A stretch of 64,000 nt of DNA from Mobula hypostoma (Eukaryota): contig NC_086108.1 in assembly GCF_963921235.1 (NCBI RefSeq), positions 93,622,001-93,686,000 on the forward strand, read 5' to 3'. Under the pieces are notes generated by a model, which had not been told where the DNA came from, did no database searches, and saw nothing but the letters and a program-made list of their open reading frames with translations. Position numbers and translations under genes: made by a program. Below are positions 63,831 to 64,000 of the stretch, piece by piece; the stretch's first letter is position 1; each line of letters starts with the position of its first letter.

Positions 63831-64000
63831 GTGCCAAGTCTAGATCTTCAAACACTCTTCTGCACAATTGATCAAAGGCTAAAGGGATGAATTTCATCAC
63901 TGATGTCTGTTTTGCCTGTGCACAACGACATATATATTAAATAAAAGCACGCATGCAGTAGACGGCTTTAACTGGTGTTTTCACATTGCAGTGAGAGAGA

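Noticed and set aside
59387..64000. ABCA4 exon 23 (GRTIIMSTHHMDEAD)
   Set aside because: Not found in the remaining sequence; presumably downstream of the window.
1..64000. CRISPR arrays, operons or prokaryotic defence systems; the many short ORFs in the track
   Set aside because: The sequence is a spliced vertebrate gene. The short ORFs are transposon remnants or chance frames, and no regular repeat-spacer array is present.

Overview
Vertebrate genomic DNA, not prokaryotic. The repeat content (V-SINEs, CR1, Rex1/Babar, RTE, Neptune-type Penelope-like elements) suggests a cartilaginous fish, probably a ray (inference). The + strand carries 17 consecutive internal exons of ABCA4, the retinal N-retinylidene-PE flippase. 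They correspond to human exons 6-22 (5663-59386; 3049 coding nt, one open frame, all introns GT-AG). Fourteen exons have the human lengths as I recall them. Exons 17-19 are longer by 291 nt in total, mostly because exon 18 (339 nt) holds a 30-bp coding minisatellite that encodes an E/K/R-rich helix in the TMD1-NBD1 linker. The introns are dense with transposons. The most striking non-genic signal is a family of palindromic Penelope-like elements with 12-14 bp target-site duplications that carry minimal type I hammerhead ribozyme motifs (about 15-20 copies on both strands). The largest is a 1.47-kb element with ~650-bp inverted arms just downstream of exon 20. Exon coordinates were read from splice sites; most repeat boundaries are approximate. 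Human exon lengths and residue numbers are from memory, not from an alignment.
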